This document shows, piece after piece, positions 1 to 16,069 of a DNA stretch of 64,000 nucleotides. Each line of letters starts with the position of its first letter. Positions within the stretch are counted from its first letter, which is position 1. The notes under the pieces are model-generated. The model had not been told where the DNA came from. It searched no databases and worked only from the letters and a program-made list of their open reading frames with translations. The stretch is from the human T2T-CHM13v2.0 reference genome, Homo sapiens. The translations under genes and the position numbers were made by a program. The stretch lies in NCBI RefSeq assembly GCF_009914755.1, contig NC_060928.1. One strand, written 5' to 3'.

Positions 1-99
1 ATCTGTGCCCAGGCACTGGCCCGGCCACCTTGTTGCCCTGTAATTACCAGCTGAAGACTCCATTTCCCAGTCCTGTTTGTAACTAGGTGTGGCACAAGC

Positions 100-364
100 A
101 TGGGCTTTGGGTAGCCAGGCTAATTATCCCACATGCATGCTGCCTATGTGCCCCTGATGCACACGCTATACCATCTAGTCTATCCCCACTGCTCACACGC
201 ATGATCTATTACCCATCAAACTTACCTGCAAAATGCAAGTTTAAGGACAAAGTTATTAAGAATTTTAAGGCAGTGACAACAGAGCATTAAACCAAATGCT
301 GATCCCTTCTGAGAGTAGGGTCCTGTGCCCCTGCAGAAGTCACCCACCCATGAAGGCAGCCCTG
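100..364 (-). mobile_element. MER45-like hAT DNA transposon fragment
   Basis: Reverse complement starts cagggctgccttcatggg and continues ...ctcagaaggg...ttggtttaatgctctg...aaattcttaataac, resembling the MER45 terminus. Confidence 0.6.
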
Positions 365-589
365 CCCTCAGACTTTGAAGAACAAAGAATGTCAAGGAGG
401 GTAGTGGGATGAAAGCTTGAGAGAAGTCCCCTAAGAAGTCCCACTGGCAGGGGTCTCAGCATCCCAGTACCCCTCAAACCTGACCCCTTGATCACTGTAC
501 CCATCTTCCACCCACATCTCTCCTGCCACACCCACCAAAGTCCATCCTGCAGGAGCCACTCTATAGACAAGGGAGCCATGACTATAATG

Positions 590-1050
590 TGGCAGGGACT
601 GCCGGTTGTCATCAGAATGCACTCCCCGCGTTTTTCACAGTAATGGAGTTTAAGATGCCTCCATGTACCCAGCCAAAGACTACATTTCCCAGTTCCCTTT
701 GTGATAGGTGCAGCCATGTTACTAAGGTCTCTCCAACAGAATGGGAGCAAGTCATTCTTCTACTTCACCTCCTTCAAAGAGACGTGCTGCCATGTACTTC
801 CTCTCTGTACCATTCCACAAGCTGGAACACAGATACAGGGCTCAGCCAGCTGCAACCACACAGGTGAAGACCATAGTCTAGGGATTGGTGAAGCAAGAAA
901 TAGATGGAGCCCAAGTCTTTGGATAATTTCATGGGGTAAGCCTGACTTGGCAAACTGAAAAGCTCACCTTGGATCTCTTGCTTAAAAGAGAAAAAAAAGT
1001 TTTATTTAAGCCACTCTATTTTGGGATCTCTATTGTTATGGCAGCTTAGT
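590..1050 (+). mobile_element. Old MaLR LTR (MLT1H/J-like)
   Basis: aagactacatttcccag...cagccatgt motif and a tttaagccact...ttggga 3' motif. Confidence 0.55.
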
Positions 1051-1394
1051 ATTTGCATAATTTGAATCTGGAGAGGGTTCATTCCCATTGTTGATCTATT
1101 CATTGAGCAGGTCTGAAAATAAGGTCAAGCCCCTGGTATGAGAGTAAGGTCCCTGGGAAGAAGGTGGGTGGGTTCTTCACATCACAATGAGAACTCTGAA
1201 AGCACTTTCCCACAAAGGCATTCATTTACTCACGTTAGCTATAAACGTGACAGACTTCAGCAATCCAGTCCAGCCTAGGGCTGTACCTACAACATTGCTA
1301 CTACGAGAAAGCAGCTTTCATATCTGAAATAACCAATTTGTAAATATAACTTTGAAATGCAGCCAATTTATTAGCTGAAATCTTCCTGGAATTC

Positions 1395-1510
1395 TGTACC
1401 TACATCATAGAACTGTAGTGAAGATTAATTGAGATAATATATGTTAACAATTAAGCATAGCATCTGATACCAAATGAGCTTTCAATCAATTTGATCTTTT
1501 TATTATTACT
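1395..1510 (+). mobile_element. MIR 3' fragment
   Basis: gtgaagattaattgagataatatatg...tattattact tail. Confidence 0.6.
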
Positions 1511-1624
1511 GACATTATTAAACCGGCATCATAATATAGTCATAATTAACATAATATAGTCATAATATGACACATTATCATGATATATATGATAATATAA
1601 TGTCATATATATTGACATCATTTA

Positions 1625-1920
1625 ATTATTTTTATTTTGAGACAGGATCATGCTCTGTAGCCCAGCCTGGAGTTAAGTGGGACACTCTCCACTCACTGCA
1701 AACTCTGCCTCCCAGGCTCAAGTGATCCTCCTGCCTCAGTTTCCCAAGTAGTTAGGACTACAGGTGTGCATCACCATGCCTGGTTAATTTTTGTATTTTT
1801 TGTAGAGACAGGGTTTCCCCATGTTGCCCAGGCTGGTCTTGAACTCCTGGGCTCAAACAGTCCACTCTCCTTGGCCTCCCAAAGTGCTATGATTTCAGGA
1901 GTGAGCCACTGCACCCGGCT
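1625..1920 (-). mobile_element. Alu (AluJ-like)
   Basis: Full dimer in reverse; TSD gacatcattta. Confidence 0.92.
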
Positions 1921-3354
1921 GACATCATTTATTTTAAGGAAGTATATGGCAACAGGCTTGGGGAAACAATCCTTCCTCCCCTGGCTGCCACACAGAGAGG
2001 GATAAGAGATAAATTACTTAAATGTTTACAAATCTCTTAGTTTCCACAAGAAGTTTTAGCAAGTCTTTTCAAAACAAACTGCATAAAATATTACCTCAAA
2101 AATACATGAGGTGTTAAAATATTACTCAAACTAGTCAATTAGAAGTAATGGGTTAAGAAATCACCAAGGAAAGAAATGTGCATCAGAAAGAAGAAACCAA
2201 GAATTCAGTACATGAGAGAAACATAAAAGGAAGAGCTGCCAAAAGTGGAGAGTGGGCATGATTCATTCTGGAGATCACTGTAAGGTTTCCCCGAAAGACA
2301 ATAGAAGAAATAAGTTTTGCTTTTACAGGATTAACTTTATAGTAGATAATACGCATAGATCAGGGTAAGGCAGTTTTTAAAAACTGAGAGGAAAAATGGG
2401 CTTCTACTCTGAAAAAAATTAGAAGAATAGAAAGAAAACAATAAAACTTTCTTCAAAGCTATAGGGAATAAAAAGAGATAATGGAAAAATCTTAAGACTT
2501 AATTAGGTGTGGAGAAAAATCTGCCAAGAGATGAAGCCAAGAAGTCAGATTGTTAATTGCTTATTTATTTCTAGAGCATTGTCATCAGAACGTGAATAAT
2601 GAATAAGACAGTAACAAACAACAGAAAAGTAAGAAGTAGTTGAACATCTGGGGAAAGATTTCTTAAATAACCTAGACTTGGCAGTATTTCATCCACTCAG
2701 CATTTTTAAGGAAGAAAATATCCCATGCAGGGAAACATTCAAACAACTGAAGCTTATCTACTTAAGAGTTGTAAATTCTTTCATGATTTTATTAAAATTC
2801 TGTTAAAGGGAAACCTGTTCTCTACTTTCTGAAATGTAGTGTGTTAATTTTAACCACTTTCTTAATGCTCCAGGGTACTTTTGGTGAACAGCAAAAACTT
2901 CTCAGCCCTGCGTGGAGGCTCCTGGGGTGAATTTGTCCCCGTGCTAACCTGCCTAAGACTTTCTTGCTATTTAGAGTGTGTCGCTCTTCTCCACGATGTA
3001 ATCACAGCAGTCCCGATCTCTACCAGTGCCCATATCCCTGCACCAGTAACTGTACCCCTCCACATTTCCAATCTATTTCCCAGTAATTACAGAGATCTAG
3101 GAAACCCAAAAAAGCAAATTTTTAATGTTTTTTTTTAAATAAAAGTGAACAAGCTCCAAAAGAGGGCCTCAGGGAATCTTTTTTTTTAATGGCATAAATG
3201 AACATCTATTTAGATCATAACCACTTTTGTTTTTTTGCTTTTTAATAATTACTTATATTCTGAGTAATTTGGGTAGCAATCTCTGGAGAAGTGAGGTGTG
3301 GCCATATATTCAAATGACTGAATTAAAATAGAGGTACCTCATGAAAGGAGACAG

Positions 3355-3560
3355 TTGCTATAGTGGAAAGGGCACGGGGTTTTACCAATGGAACTGGGTT
3401 CAAGCCCCAGCTCTGCCTCTTACCAGCTGTCTCTGAGTCTCAACACCTTACTCTTTAAAAAGTGAACATACACACCCACAATGCAGAGTTATTTTAAAGA
3501 TTAAAAGAAATACAGTATTGTGCCTGCCTTTATACTTGGCACATATAGAGCTTACGTAGA
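3355..3560 (+). mobile_element. MIR
   Basis: ctgggttcaagccccagctctgcctcttaccagctgt B-box region. Confidence 0.65.
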
Positions 3561-3898
3561 CAAACTTTAGTATTATTTTTATATCTTTGAATATGTATGG
3601 ACATTTCTATGTATGTCTAATATACTCACAAGTGATTAACACAAACCGAAAATTTAATCTGTAAGAAAAAAAATCTACTTTAGATTATTTTAGGTAAAAT
3701 AAGATTCATTAGATTTCTGGAATTTTACAGCTAGAAGAGACTGGCAATCAATCACACAGTCCTGCTTCCAATCCCAGAAATGAGGAAACCAATGCTGGAG
3801 AGTAAACATGACTTGGCCAATGTCATAAAGCTAATTAGAAACTAGAGGTAGAACTGGAACTACGATTTTCTAATGTCCAATTCAGAGTTAACCTAGAA

Positions 3899-4118
3899 CA
3901 GAGACTGACAAACATTTTCTGTAAAGGGCCAGATAGTAAATTGTTAGACTTTGTGATGCATACAGTTTCTGTTACAACTGTTCAACTACACCAATGTGGA
4001 GCAAAAGCAGCCATAGGCAATATGTAAGAGAATGAGTGTGGTTGTGTTTCAATATTTTATTCAGAAAAACAGGCTGCAGGCTGTCTTTGGCTCACAGGCT
4101 ATAGTTTGCTGACCCCTG
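3899..4118 (-). mobile_element. MER58A (hAT-Charlie MITE)
   Basis: Termini caga...caaac and tttgctgacccctg; degenerate 8-bp TSD acctagaa/atccagaa; internal tctgtaaagggccagatagtaaa. Confidence 0.85.
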
Positions 4119-4661
4119 ATCCAGAAGAAGTTAACAGATTTTTTAGCTAGAGGAAACATGATGGACATAATTCCAAATCAACACATCTTTCTGCTTTCTA
4201 TCGCCAGTGCACTAGAAAAGCTGTGTGACAATGAAAGAACTCAGAAGAATGAGACTTAAATGTTGCTATTATGACTAACATCTTAAAATAGTGTTTAATA
4301 AACACAAATCTTGACCTCAAGATTATTTTATTACTTAGTAGCAATTAGGATAATCTAAAAAAGAAGCTCTAAGAAAGCAGGAGGAGACTCAAAGAATTGG
4401 AATTCAAAATTATCTTGGCTAAATAATAACAGTGAAGAGAACTAAAATAGTAGTACACATACAATGAAGCAAAAACTAAAACAGAAAATACTATGGAAAA
4501 GATAAAAGTGTTCTAACCTAAAGAAATAAGTAAATACTGCCATCAAAATTTACTGATTACAACTGAAAACATGTCTTATCTATCCAAGTAGTACTTTTAC
4601 ATTAGAACCTATCTCTCCAAGAGATCATCCTTAAAGTCAGAATCAAAGAGCATGATGTTGG

Positions 4662-5026
<365 letters not shown>

Positions 5027-5059
5027 TCAGGACCTCCTGATAACATTGGTCCCATGATC

Positions 5060-5360
5060 ATAATCGTCATAATATTCTTCAGACACATAAAGAAAGATCT
5101 CATGGAGGAAGGTGACCAAATGCTTTTTCCTTTCCACTGAGGATGAATGTGAAGAAATACCTATGCTGCAATATGAGGCAGAGATAAATTTCTTGTTCCT
5201 AAGAAGTATGACATATTGGAACGGGTTGGCAAAGGAATAGTGTTCAAGCTTCCTCTAGAGAGGCTTTGAGAGAGTCTAAACTTTGCATCTGTTTGGCGTG
5301 AGGTTTCCTCCCTAAGAGAAAGGGAAGTAGAAGAATTTTCAACCTCTGAATTTTAAGGGA
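5060..5360 (+). mobile_element. CR1/L3 LINE 3' relic
   Basis: cattggaacgggttg-like and cttcctctagagagg motifs typical of CR1 3' ends. Confidence 0.5.
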
Positions 5361-7719
5361 GCTGTTCAAATTGTAATTTGACATACTCAATTGAACTAAA
5401 TGTAGTACTCTATTTTCCCTAACACTTGTGTTGCTCCCTAGTAGTAAATTGGTTGTTTACTTTTGAACATCTACCTTGGAGGCACTAAAGAGTAACAGGA
5501 TGATCTATGATTGGAATTGGGTTCATTACATTGTACCAACTTGCTCCCAACATCTGTTCTGTTTACACAATGACACATTCAGAGTATTCAGTGCTTAGTG
5601 CAAACAACTATGATCTTCCAATATTTGATTTCTCCTTGGGCTTTCACACACCTCAGCTTTGGTTTCACTGAATGATTTTTGGAAGAAAAAAGGGCATAAA
5701 ATAAAGCTATACCAATGAATGAGAGATTGAGTGATAACTATGAAAGTTTTGTGTATACAACTTCTGCAACTCAAAGGGCTCTCTGATGGTGTTAGCAAAA
5801 AACCGTGTAAACACCCTTGCCCTCTGTCAGGACACAATAAAAGCTGTTTCTTTAATATCACAGTATCATTGTCTGTTTTTAACTTTTCTATTTACATAGT
5901 AAAGGAAATTTTTCACTTAATATTTAAAGGATTATATAACGATCCAATACAATATTAAAGCACACAGAATAATGTTGTTCAAATATATAATATATATAGA
6001 TGACTTTTTCTACTTGTATATGTTCACTTAGAATGCTTTTAAAATTTATAGCTAAATCCAGCTACAAGAAAATTTTCATTTCTTCAATATAGATCATAGG
6101 CATTTTATTTCTGTGCATCAACTTTTAAAAAGACAGCTTCAACTATCACATAATAATGTTGACACTTTATAAATATTAGTAAAAAGTCAATAAAAATGAA
6201 GCCACTTTCATACTGTTAAAAATAACATGTTAACTAAAAAAAATACTGTTGGAAGACATGTATATACCACATTCATTACAATGGAAAGTAGAGAAATACC
6301 TGTTAGTTGTAACTAATGTTACAAACAAAATTTCTATAGAAAGAATACTATGAAAATTAGAACTAAAGCATATTTTTAAAAGTTCAATTGGCAGGATCCA
6401 AAAAAATACCTACCCTTGAACAAGAGAAATTATATTTAATTTCTTTAAAGGAAAAGTCACTTTTTATGTTAAAACTCAAAAATCTCAGAACCACAGTTTT
6501 TTCTCTTTTATTTTCCAATGTAACATCCTCCAGGCTTTTTCAAGCAACCACATGGATCTAATAGACAACTCACGTATACGAACCAGTACACACTCAATTT
6601 TACCAATTGGTAAAAATTGTTTTCTCTCACCCACAGCTTTGACCAGGTCACCCCTGCCCCCACTGTGGCTTCTCTATTGTTCTTATCAAATGCAGACTCC
6701 CGGGATCTCAGCTTCAAAGACCTCCTCTAGTTTTCTCAGCTTTCATTTCCTCTGTAACCAGTCTGTATTCTTCCAGCCAAGAAATCCTTCATTCAGCCCT
6801 TTGATTCACCGTCCCCAATCCTTCATCCATCCTTTTTCTTACACTTCCAACACTGGCTCAGACCACATTCAACAGTGACTTCGCCCCTGAAATGGGATTC
6901 AACCTCAACTTATTAGGTTAAATATCCAACTGCTTTTGTTTGCTTCTTTATATTTTTAAATCTAATGCTATTTGCTCTGTACAAAAGAGATTATTAGATA
7001 GGACCAGGCCCCCTGCATCAAATTTCTCAAGTATTTTAGTCTTTCATGTTCAATCTGTTAGACCTCTAAAGGGCATAGCACAGAATGAAAGAAAAGTATC
7101 TGTATTACATTTAAAGACCGAAAAAAAGAGAGGCACTGTAGTATATTTTATGATTGCAGGTTGTAGGAATGTCCATTGATATTGCTTTAGGGACCATGAC
7201 AGAAGCAGAAGATAGTGGGAATGTTAAGCACTAGATACAAGATGAACAAAGACACACACAACCCCATATCACACCACCGAAGTGATAAACTGGCAACGAG
7301 AGGTGAGAAGGAGGAACAGAGATGGATACAGGAGGGAGGGGAAACTGGGAAGCAAATGGGCACAGTATTCCCAGTAGGAATACAAGTCACCAGAGTTCTT
7401 CCTGCCAGGCAGAACACAAGCCATCTGACTATGTGCCAAGTGCTGAAATGGACACACAACATTAGCAACACAAAGCACTATCTCATTAGACTTCGTTTCC
7501 AAAAGTCTATTTTCTTTCCTCCAATAAACATTAGGATTAGCCTACTTATTCTGTTGCTCCCAACACTAATTCCAATGAAACTCCCAGTTACCATGTGAAA
7601 GGTTGGATTAATTCAATGACCCTATTTTCTTCATTGCTAAGAGCACCTTTATACATTCTCTCATTCAAAAATACATTGAGTATCAAGGTTATCTTGTCAG
7701 AGAATATCCTGAAATGATG

Positions 7720-7880
7720 AGCCCTAGTTTCTTCATCTGTAAAATAAGGATAATAATTATGTAACTATTAGGTAGTAAGGAAAATTAAATGAGACAGGGT
7801 ATGTAAACCACTTAGCAGTCATTGGCATCCAGCATGCGTGCAATAAAAGTTAGCTATGATTATTGTCATTGTTATTACTA
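7720..7880 (+). mobile_element. MIR core and tail
   Basis: agtttcttcatctgtaaaataaggataataa...attaaatgaga. Confidence 0.75.
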
Positions 7881-8329
7881 TAAGAACCTTGATTTTAGCA
7901 GATGACAGTTGTCATTGTAACCTAACGTGAGCTTTAAACTAGAAAATTTAATTTTTAGACTAAACAATATTTATATGCCTTTTCTATCTTCCTATCAAAT
8001 ACAATGAATCCCACTGTTTTTCAGTTTTCCTGAATTCATGCAACTCCCTTCCAATTCTGAATTCAACAGGTTGCTGGCCTGTTTCCTAGTCAACACTACA
8101 GAGGAAAAACATGAGCGAGGAAGGAAAAGTACTAAAGCAGAAGATGTCTATTCCTTAGTCCGTGTTGTAGTTAAAAGATGAGTCTGTTGAGTCATTACCC
8201 ACAACTCCTATGGGTCCCAAGGGAGGACAGTTGTCATCAGAACTGCTTTTGCAACCTGCCCTTTTAAATGCTCTGAGATATTTGTCCTCTTTCTTCTTGA
8301 CTTTTTGCTTTGCACTTCACATGCCCCCT

Positions 8330-8735
8330 CCATGAGCTCATTCACTCCTTTGATTTTAGCCCAACACATACATGAATAACTCCCAAGCTCTTGTCTCTGC
8401 AGCTCAAGCCTCTCTCCTGAATTTCAGGGACCTGCAACCAACTGATATGCCAGGAAATTTACATCTCCAAATTATTCTTTATCATAAACTTTTCTATTCC
8501 TTGTGGTCTCTACTTTGGCAAGTAGTATGACAAACATGTTTCACCTTTTCCCAACCAACCACCTGGTGGTCATCCTTCCTTCTACCTTTTGCTCTTCCCA
8601 GTGAACCACCAAATTCTCCATATGTGAGTCCTTGAGAACAGGGATTTTGCCTTATTTGTTCCTCAACCCCAGTGACTAAAACAATCCCCAGCACATAGCA
8701 GGCTCTCCGTACATATTTGTTATATAAATGAATAG
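8330..8735 (+). mobile_element. L2 fragments including the 3' end
   Basis: cttgagaacaggga...gcacatagcaggctctc...atttgtt...aatgaat. Confidence 0.65.
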
Positions 8736-10321
8736 TGCATAGTTACCGCTCCATAACCATCTGCTATATGAAGGACTGGATGCTTTAAGCTGCATTCTCA
8801 CAAAACAGGAACAACATACAAATTATTCTCCTTTACTTAAATGTTTCTAATAATTTCTTCTTATAAATAAGAATATTAAACCATATAATGCAGTTTTGTT
8901 TTCTATCAGAACAACAAGACATCATGTGTTTTGTTACAATGTTCAAATGTTAGTCCTCTGGCTGTTGAGTTTCATAGCTAAACAAGAAGTTTTTCAGTCT
9001 TCAGACTTTGTAAAAATCTGTAAAAACCCTCTATTCAAGTTATACTCAGCAAGGGGTCTTCTGAAATGTGCGTGGAGAAAATTGGAAACAGCTTAGCAAC
9101 TGAAAAGAATAATATTTCATAATATCCTATGGAGTAAAAAGTCAGATCCCGTGGGGCCACTCACTGGGCATGTTAGGCAATTTCAGAAAACATTTTCAGA
9201 AAATTTTTTCAAATATTCTATATGCTATTTGGTGGACAGAAGTAACCTGTCATATGTTGCCCACGACTTTTGAGTGGTTAGCCTCACTTTTCATTTAAAA
9301 CGTTTTTATTTGAATCGGTTGTAGTAGTATAGGGGTCTAAAGGACATATGTGCATTCTTGCTAGAAAGTATGTGGCCTGCCTTTTACTTTGTGTCTATAG
9401 TCAAATCAACTTGCATTGCTTTGCTTCATAAAAATAGCATAAAATGTGCTACAAATAAATAAAAGGAAAGTACATTCATGCCTGCATCTGTGTTTGACTT
9501 GCAAAACAAAAGACTTCATGAAATAAAAATATTTTGAGGCTCTTTTATTTTTATCACTACTTATTCTGTACTGGGCAGATCTGAACACTACATGTTTTCT
9601 TCAATTAGAAGTCATCCAACAGGTGGACTTATTTTCAGTGCAAAGTCTTAGCCAAGATTAAGCCATATATTTCATACATCTTGTTCAAGATGACTGAGAC
9701 CAAACCTCTAAATTTCTTTTTCTCCAGGTCAATATTCGCAGTTCTAAACTAAATAACCACTTTTTTTTGGTACTGTGTTGAGATTTATTCAAACTGCCAA
9801 CCATGAAAAGAAAAATAGGAACATTCCCAGGAAAAAGAGTGGGGTACATGCAGATAACTATTGGTTATCCATCACAAATTATAAGGTTAGTGAATAGTAT
9901 TTGCTTTTATATGCAATCATGTGCTATTTTTATATACATCTACATAGAGCTATCCCTACACATCTACTTCTTGTATGAGATGAACTCATCCCTTCTTTCG
10001 TGGGCTGAATGCTATAGGTCTACCTTTAATTTATGCTATTAAGTGCCTGCAAGAGATGATTTTTAAATAAGTAGTTTTGCATACAGAACCACCATCTGAT
10101 TCCAACTTTGAATGCTATTAAGCTAAATGTACACAGAAATCCTTTTTACTCCTTTTAAGATGTGTACACTATGTTTATGACAGTGAAGTCCTAGGTCTTT
10201 GAAACACTAACAGGCCCAGATTCAAAGGGGTTCAGATCACAGCTCAGTCAAGTTCCACCTCTATGATCTTGAGCAAATCACTTAATCTCCCTATCAGTTC
10301 TGTCATCTATAAAATGGGAAG

Positions 10322-11027
<706 letters not shown>

Positions 11028-13054
11028 GGAAGAATAACCATAATCCTCACAGTGCTGCTGGGAGGAGTAAATAAGAACATGTATCTAAAGGGCTTAGCAC
11101 AGCACTTAGTACATAATAAATGCTCAGCAAGATACATACTATTATGATAACACTGTTATTATTAAACACTATTAGGAAAACACCATTATTTGAATTGCAA
11201 AGTCTGGCCATCGTTTCTTCATTTTGTTTGTTTTATTCTGTTACTACCTTAACCATATTCACCAGAGTGCAGCATGGCTTAAAATTAATTGATTTTTTAT
11301 TCTACAAATCTTTAATCCAAACACTATTTCCACAGACCCCACCAGCTTCTAACATTTAGCTATTCCGTCTTCACAATTTCAGCATTTTTCTGAGCTTAGT
11401 ATTCATCACACATACTGATGCAATCACTTGCATATGAGTACATGTATTCCCATCACTCACGTTCCATTTTCATCCAATGTTTGCCTGTTTTCACACATAA
11501 GTTATCACTGGAGAAGTGGAACCAGGATAATAGCCAGGTCTGCTTAATCCTACAACAGCCATCTTCTAACTGTGGAAGGTGTTTCCTTAGAGATATACAA
11601 GGGCTTTCCAAGGGTATATTACAGGCAGAGATAGTTTTAAAGGAATCAATTTCCACACCCTTAAATTTCCTCTTTTCTATCATTGCCTATCTGAGGGCAC
11701 ATGCAGGATAACGTCCTTTCTTACCGCCCTTTTCGCAATGTTCCTTTTTTTCATCTGACAAAAGAAAGGCACTTTTTAAACATTTCAAACCTGCTATGGC
11801 ACATGCTCCTGGGTATAAAACATCTGGAGTTCCAAACACATAGACAATTTAAAATATCTTCCATCTTGCTATCCTGCCTCCTCATTCTCCAAATGTTGTC
11901 AGAGAAGATATTGTTCCTGAAGGAAAATATTTGAAGGACAAAGTTAAAAGAGCACAAATAAACCCCGAAAGCAGAGGACCAGAGGCTCATTTCAGGCAAC
12001 AAACTTATTTTATTTTGTCTGTCCATCTGTCTACCGAAATACGTATCTTAAAATTTGAAGTGAAACGTGGGATTCTAAGATTCTAGGTCCAGTTAAAATG
12101 GAGTAAAAATGTCCCACCTTACCTCCCCCTGTGATTGTAACTAAATGTTGTGGACAGAATACACAAAGCAATTGTCTGTGGTATCCAAACAGTAAAGACC
12201 AGTAAGCGGACTAGGAAGGGAAATAAAAACTTAAAGAAAGAGTAATAAGGAGGTGAGCTTTCTGGTGTTTTTCTTTTTCTACTCATATTTCCCAACATAG
12301 AATGAATGCAACAAAATCATGGAACTGTGCAGCAGTCTTGACCAAGAGAAACTCTCTCCTTGGTCAGACGAATAAGCAGGAGGGGCCCTGCAAAACCAAA
12401 GGACGGGGAGTCCCCTGAGACATCTCTTCTCCTGACCGTCCCTTGGAGGGGGCCCTAGAAGCTGTGCTCATGGAAGCTGTACTCATGCAACAGTGGCAGC
12501 AGCAGCCAAGGTTGCCTATTTGCCCCAGAGTTGGCTGCAACAGTGCAAAAGGCTAAAACTAGAGCTTTTTTGACAGAGGACCAGGGCAAATGGTCCCTGG
12601 AAGTCAGAGAGTTTCAGGGAGATCACAGAGAAGAGGGAGCTTGAGATGAAAGATCCCACAGAGCTATGTATAAAGTCCTGCCTGGGTTTATCCCTCAGGT
12701 CTCCATGCATGAAAATGATTTGAAATAGAATACCAAAAGCTTTGAGAAGTAAGCAACAATGTAATCCATGGCCCAGATATCAGACTGATCCCTGGGAAAT
12801 ACACTCATGGGGAGGATCCAGAGAGCACTACAAAGGCTTTGAAAACTGAACTGACATTGGAAACAAAGCCCTTAGAAGGCATAATGTGACTTGTGACCGG
12901 AACTTAACTGGGTCAACTGACTATGAAAAGAAACAAACACACAAACAAAATTAGCATTTTCCAGAGAATTCTAACAGGACCCAGAATATCATAATATTTT
13001 CAAAATGCCCAGGATATAAGTTAAAATTAATTAACATACAAAGAAGCAGGGCAA

Positions 13055-13377
<323 letters not shown>

Positions 13378-14134
13378 CTAAGTGAAAAGATAATTAATAG
13401 GCACCACCCCTGAAGTGACCTAGATGTTGAAATTATTGAACAAAGACTTACTTTAAAGCAGCTGTAATAACCATACTCCATGAAGTAAGGGTCAACAAAT
13501 TTGAAGTGAATGAAGGATAGAAGTTATCAGTAAAGAAATAGCAGCTATGGAAGCTCAGAACTGAAAAATAAAATAACTAAAATATTTTTAAAAGACACTG
13601 AAATTGCAGAGTGAAGATGACAAGACAGAGTAAGTGAACTTATAGCTAAATTAATAGATATTATCTAATATGAACAAAAGAGAAAAGTTTTCAAAAAACG
13701 AACATAACTTCAGGTACCTGCTGTATATTATCAAAAGGTCCAATATTGATGTCATTAAAAATATAGGAAGGAAAGGAAGGAGAATGAGATTTGTACAGAA
13801 GAAAAGTTTGAAAATTTAATGGCTGAAGTTTTCTAAATCAAAAGAAAGATATAAATTTAGACTCAAGAACCTAAATCTTTGGAATTTTTTTGGAACTCAA
13901 GAATCTCAACAGAACCCAGATAAGATAAACTAAGAAAATAAAATCAAAATAATCAAATGACTGGAATTTATTCAGGAATGCAAGGCTAATGTAACAGTCA
14001 AAAAGTAATAAATGTAATCTCTACATTAATAAGCTAAAGAAAAACTACGTGATCATGCCAACTCATACAGAAAAAGCATTTGATAAAATTCAACATCTTT
14101 CATAATAAAAACTCCTAGAAAATGAGATTTAGTT

Positions 14135-14334
14135 TATGGGATTACCTGATTAGGTCTACTGAGGATATTCTACCTTTCTTAAAGTCAGCTGTGCCAAATA
14201 ACATAATCTAATTATAGGAGTGACTGCAACATCATATTCAGTTCATCCCCACATTCAGAGGTGAGGGGATTATACAGGGTGAGTGAACCACAGAACTGGA
14301 ACCCTAGGAACCATCTTAGAACAATGTTTACCAT
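14135..14334 (-). mobile_element. MLT1E-like LTR fragment inside the L1
   Basis: gaggggattatacagggt...ccatcttaga motif. Confidence 0.6.
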
Positions 14335-16069
14335 AACTAGCAATGAACAATGGGAACTCAATGTTTTAAAATTAGTACCTTTTACAATAGCTCTCAAAGT
14401 ATCTAACAAAATACGTGCAAGACCTATATGAGCAAATTATAAATGCCAATAGAAGAATCAAGAAAGACCTAAATAAATGATAAACCAAGTTCATGGTTTG
14501 AAAGACTTAATATGTTTAAGATGCCAAGTCTCCCCAAATTGATCCACAGCTTTAATACAAATCCAATCAAGATTTTTGGAACACTTTTTTTTTTGTAGAC
14601 ATAGACAAGCTAATTCTAACACTTACATAGAAAGGCAAAGAACTACAACTGAAAAATAAATGTTGAGACATAACACAGTGGAAAAACTCATACTATTCTT
14701 TGTTAAGTCTTAATATCAAGCCATACTAATCAAAACAATGTGGTTTGGTTAAGGAATGAGCACATAAATTAATGAAACAGAATGAACAGTCCAGAAATAG
14801 ACCCACGAGAATAAGGTCAATTAATTTTTGATGGAGGTGCAAAAGCAATTTAATAGGAGAAATATAGGCCTTTTAACAAATGTGTCTGGAACAAATGGAC
14901 ATCCATTTGGAAAAGGAAAAAAATACCACTTGACCTATACCTTATACCTTAGGCAAAAAGTAACTCAATGCAGGTCATATAAAATGAAAACTGAAAAAGT
15001 CTTGGGAGAAATTATGAAGGAAAATCTTTATGCAGTTGAGATAAGTAAATAGTTCTTATATGATACAAAAGTATGTTGCATTAAAAAATTGGTAAATAAA
15101 ATCATTTGTTCTGTGAAAGACACTGTGAAGAGAATGAAAAGACAAGGTACAGAGAGTGGGAAAATATTCCCAAATCATATATTGAACAAAAGACTTGTAC
15201 CCAGAATATATAAAGAACTCTCAAAACCCAACAGTAAGAAATCAAACAACATCAAACAACCCCCCACTCCTGCCATAAAATGAGCAAAAGATACGAACAG
15301 ACACTTCATAAAGGTGATATTCCGATGGCAAGTAAGCATATTAAAAGATATTCATCATTAGGCAAATTTAACCACAGTGAGATGCTTCTACACACCTATT
15401 AGAGTGGTCAAAACAGAAACAACAAAAGTCAATCTGACAATACCAAGTACTGGTGAAGATGTGAAGCAACTGGAAGTTGCATACATTGTTATTGATGGGT
15501 ATGCAAAATGATACAGCCACTCTGGAAAAACTGTTGACAGATACCAATCTAGGTATTCATCTTAGAGAAATTTGCCTATAAAAACTGTAAGTGAATGTTT
15601 ATAGCAGTAATTTTCACAATTACCAAAAAACTGGAAACAATCAAATTCCTTTCAATGAGCAAATAAACAAATTGAGGTACAGCCATACAATGGAATACTA
15701 GTAAGCATTAAAAATAACCACTGATACATGTAACAACATGGATGAATATTAAAGGCATTATCGTAAGTGAAAGAAACAGGTTTCAAAAGGGAATATACTG
15801 TATGATTCCATGTGTGACATTCTAGAAAAGCCAAACCAGAGATGTGGAGAACAGATCAGCAGTTTCCAGAGGTTTGGAGTGTGGTTTTGGCCATAAAGGA
15901 CAAGACGAAGATGATATATGTAGGATGATAGAACTGTTCAGTAATCTAATTTTGTGGTGGTTACAAATATCTATGCATGTGTTAAAACTCAGAACTATAT
16001 ATACACACACATACAGTGAATTTCATTGTATGGAAATTTAAACATAAAAACTAAAGTCAGCCTATTTCT

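Noticed and set aside
47-720. Repeated motif aagact(c/a)catttcccag at about 54-70 and 677-693
   Set aside because: Common MLT1 LTR motif, explained by two related LTR fragments.
1528-1615. AT-rich cataatatagtcataat repeats beside the Alu tail
   Set aside because: Ordinary low-complexity slippage product.
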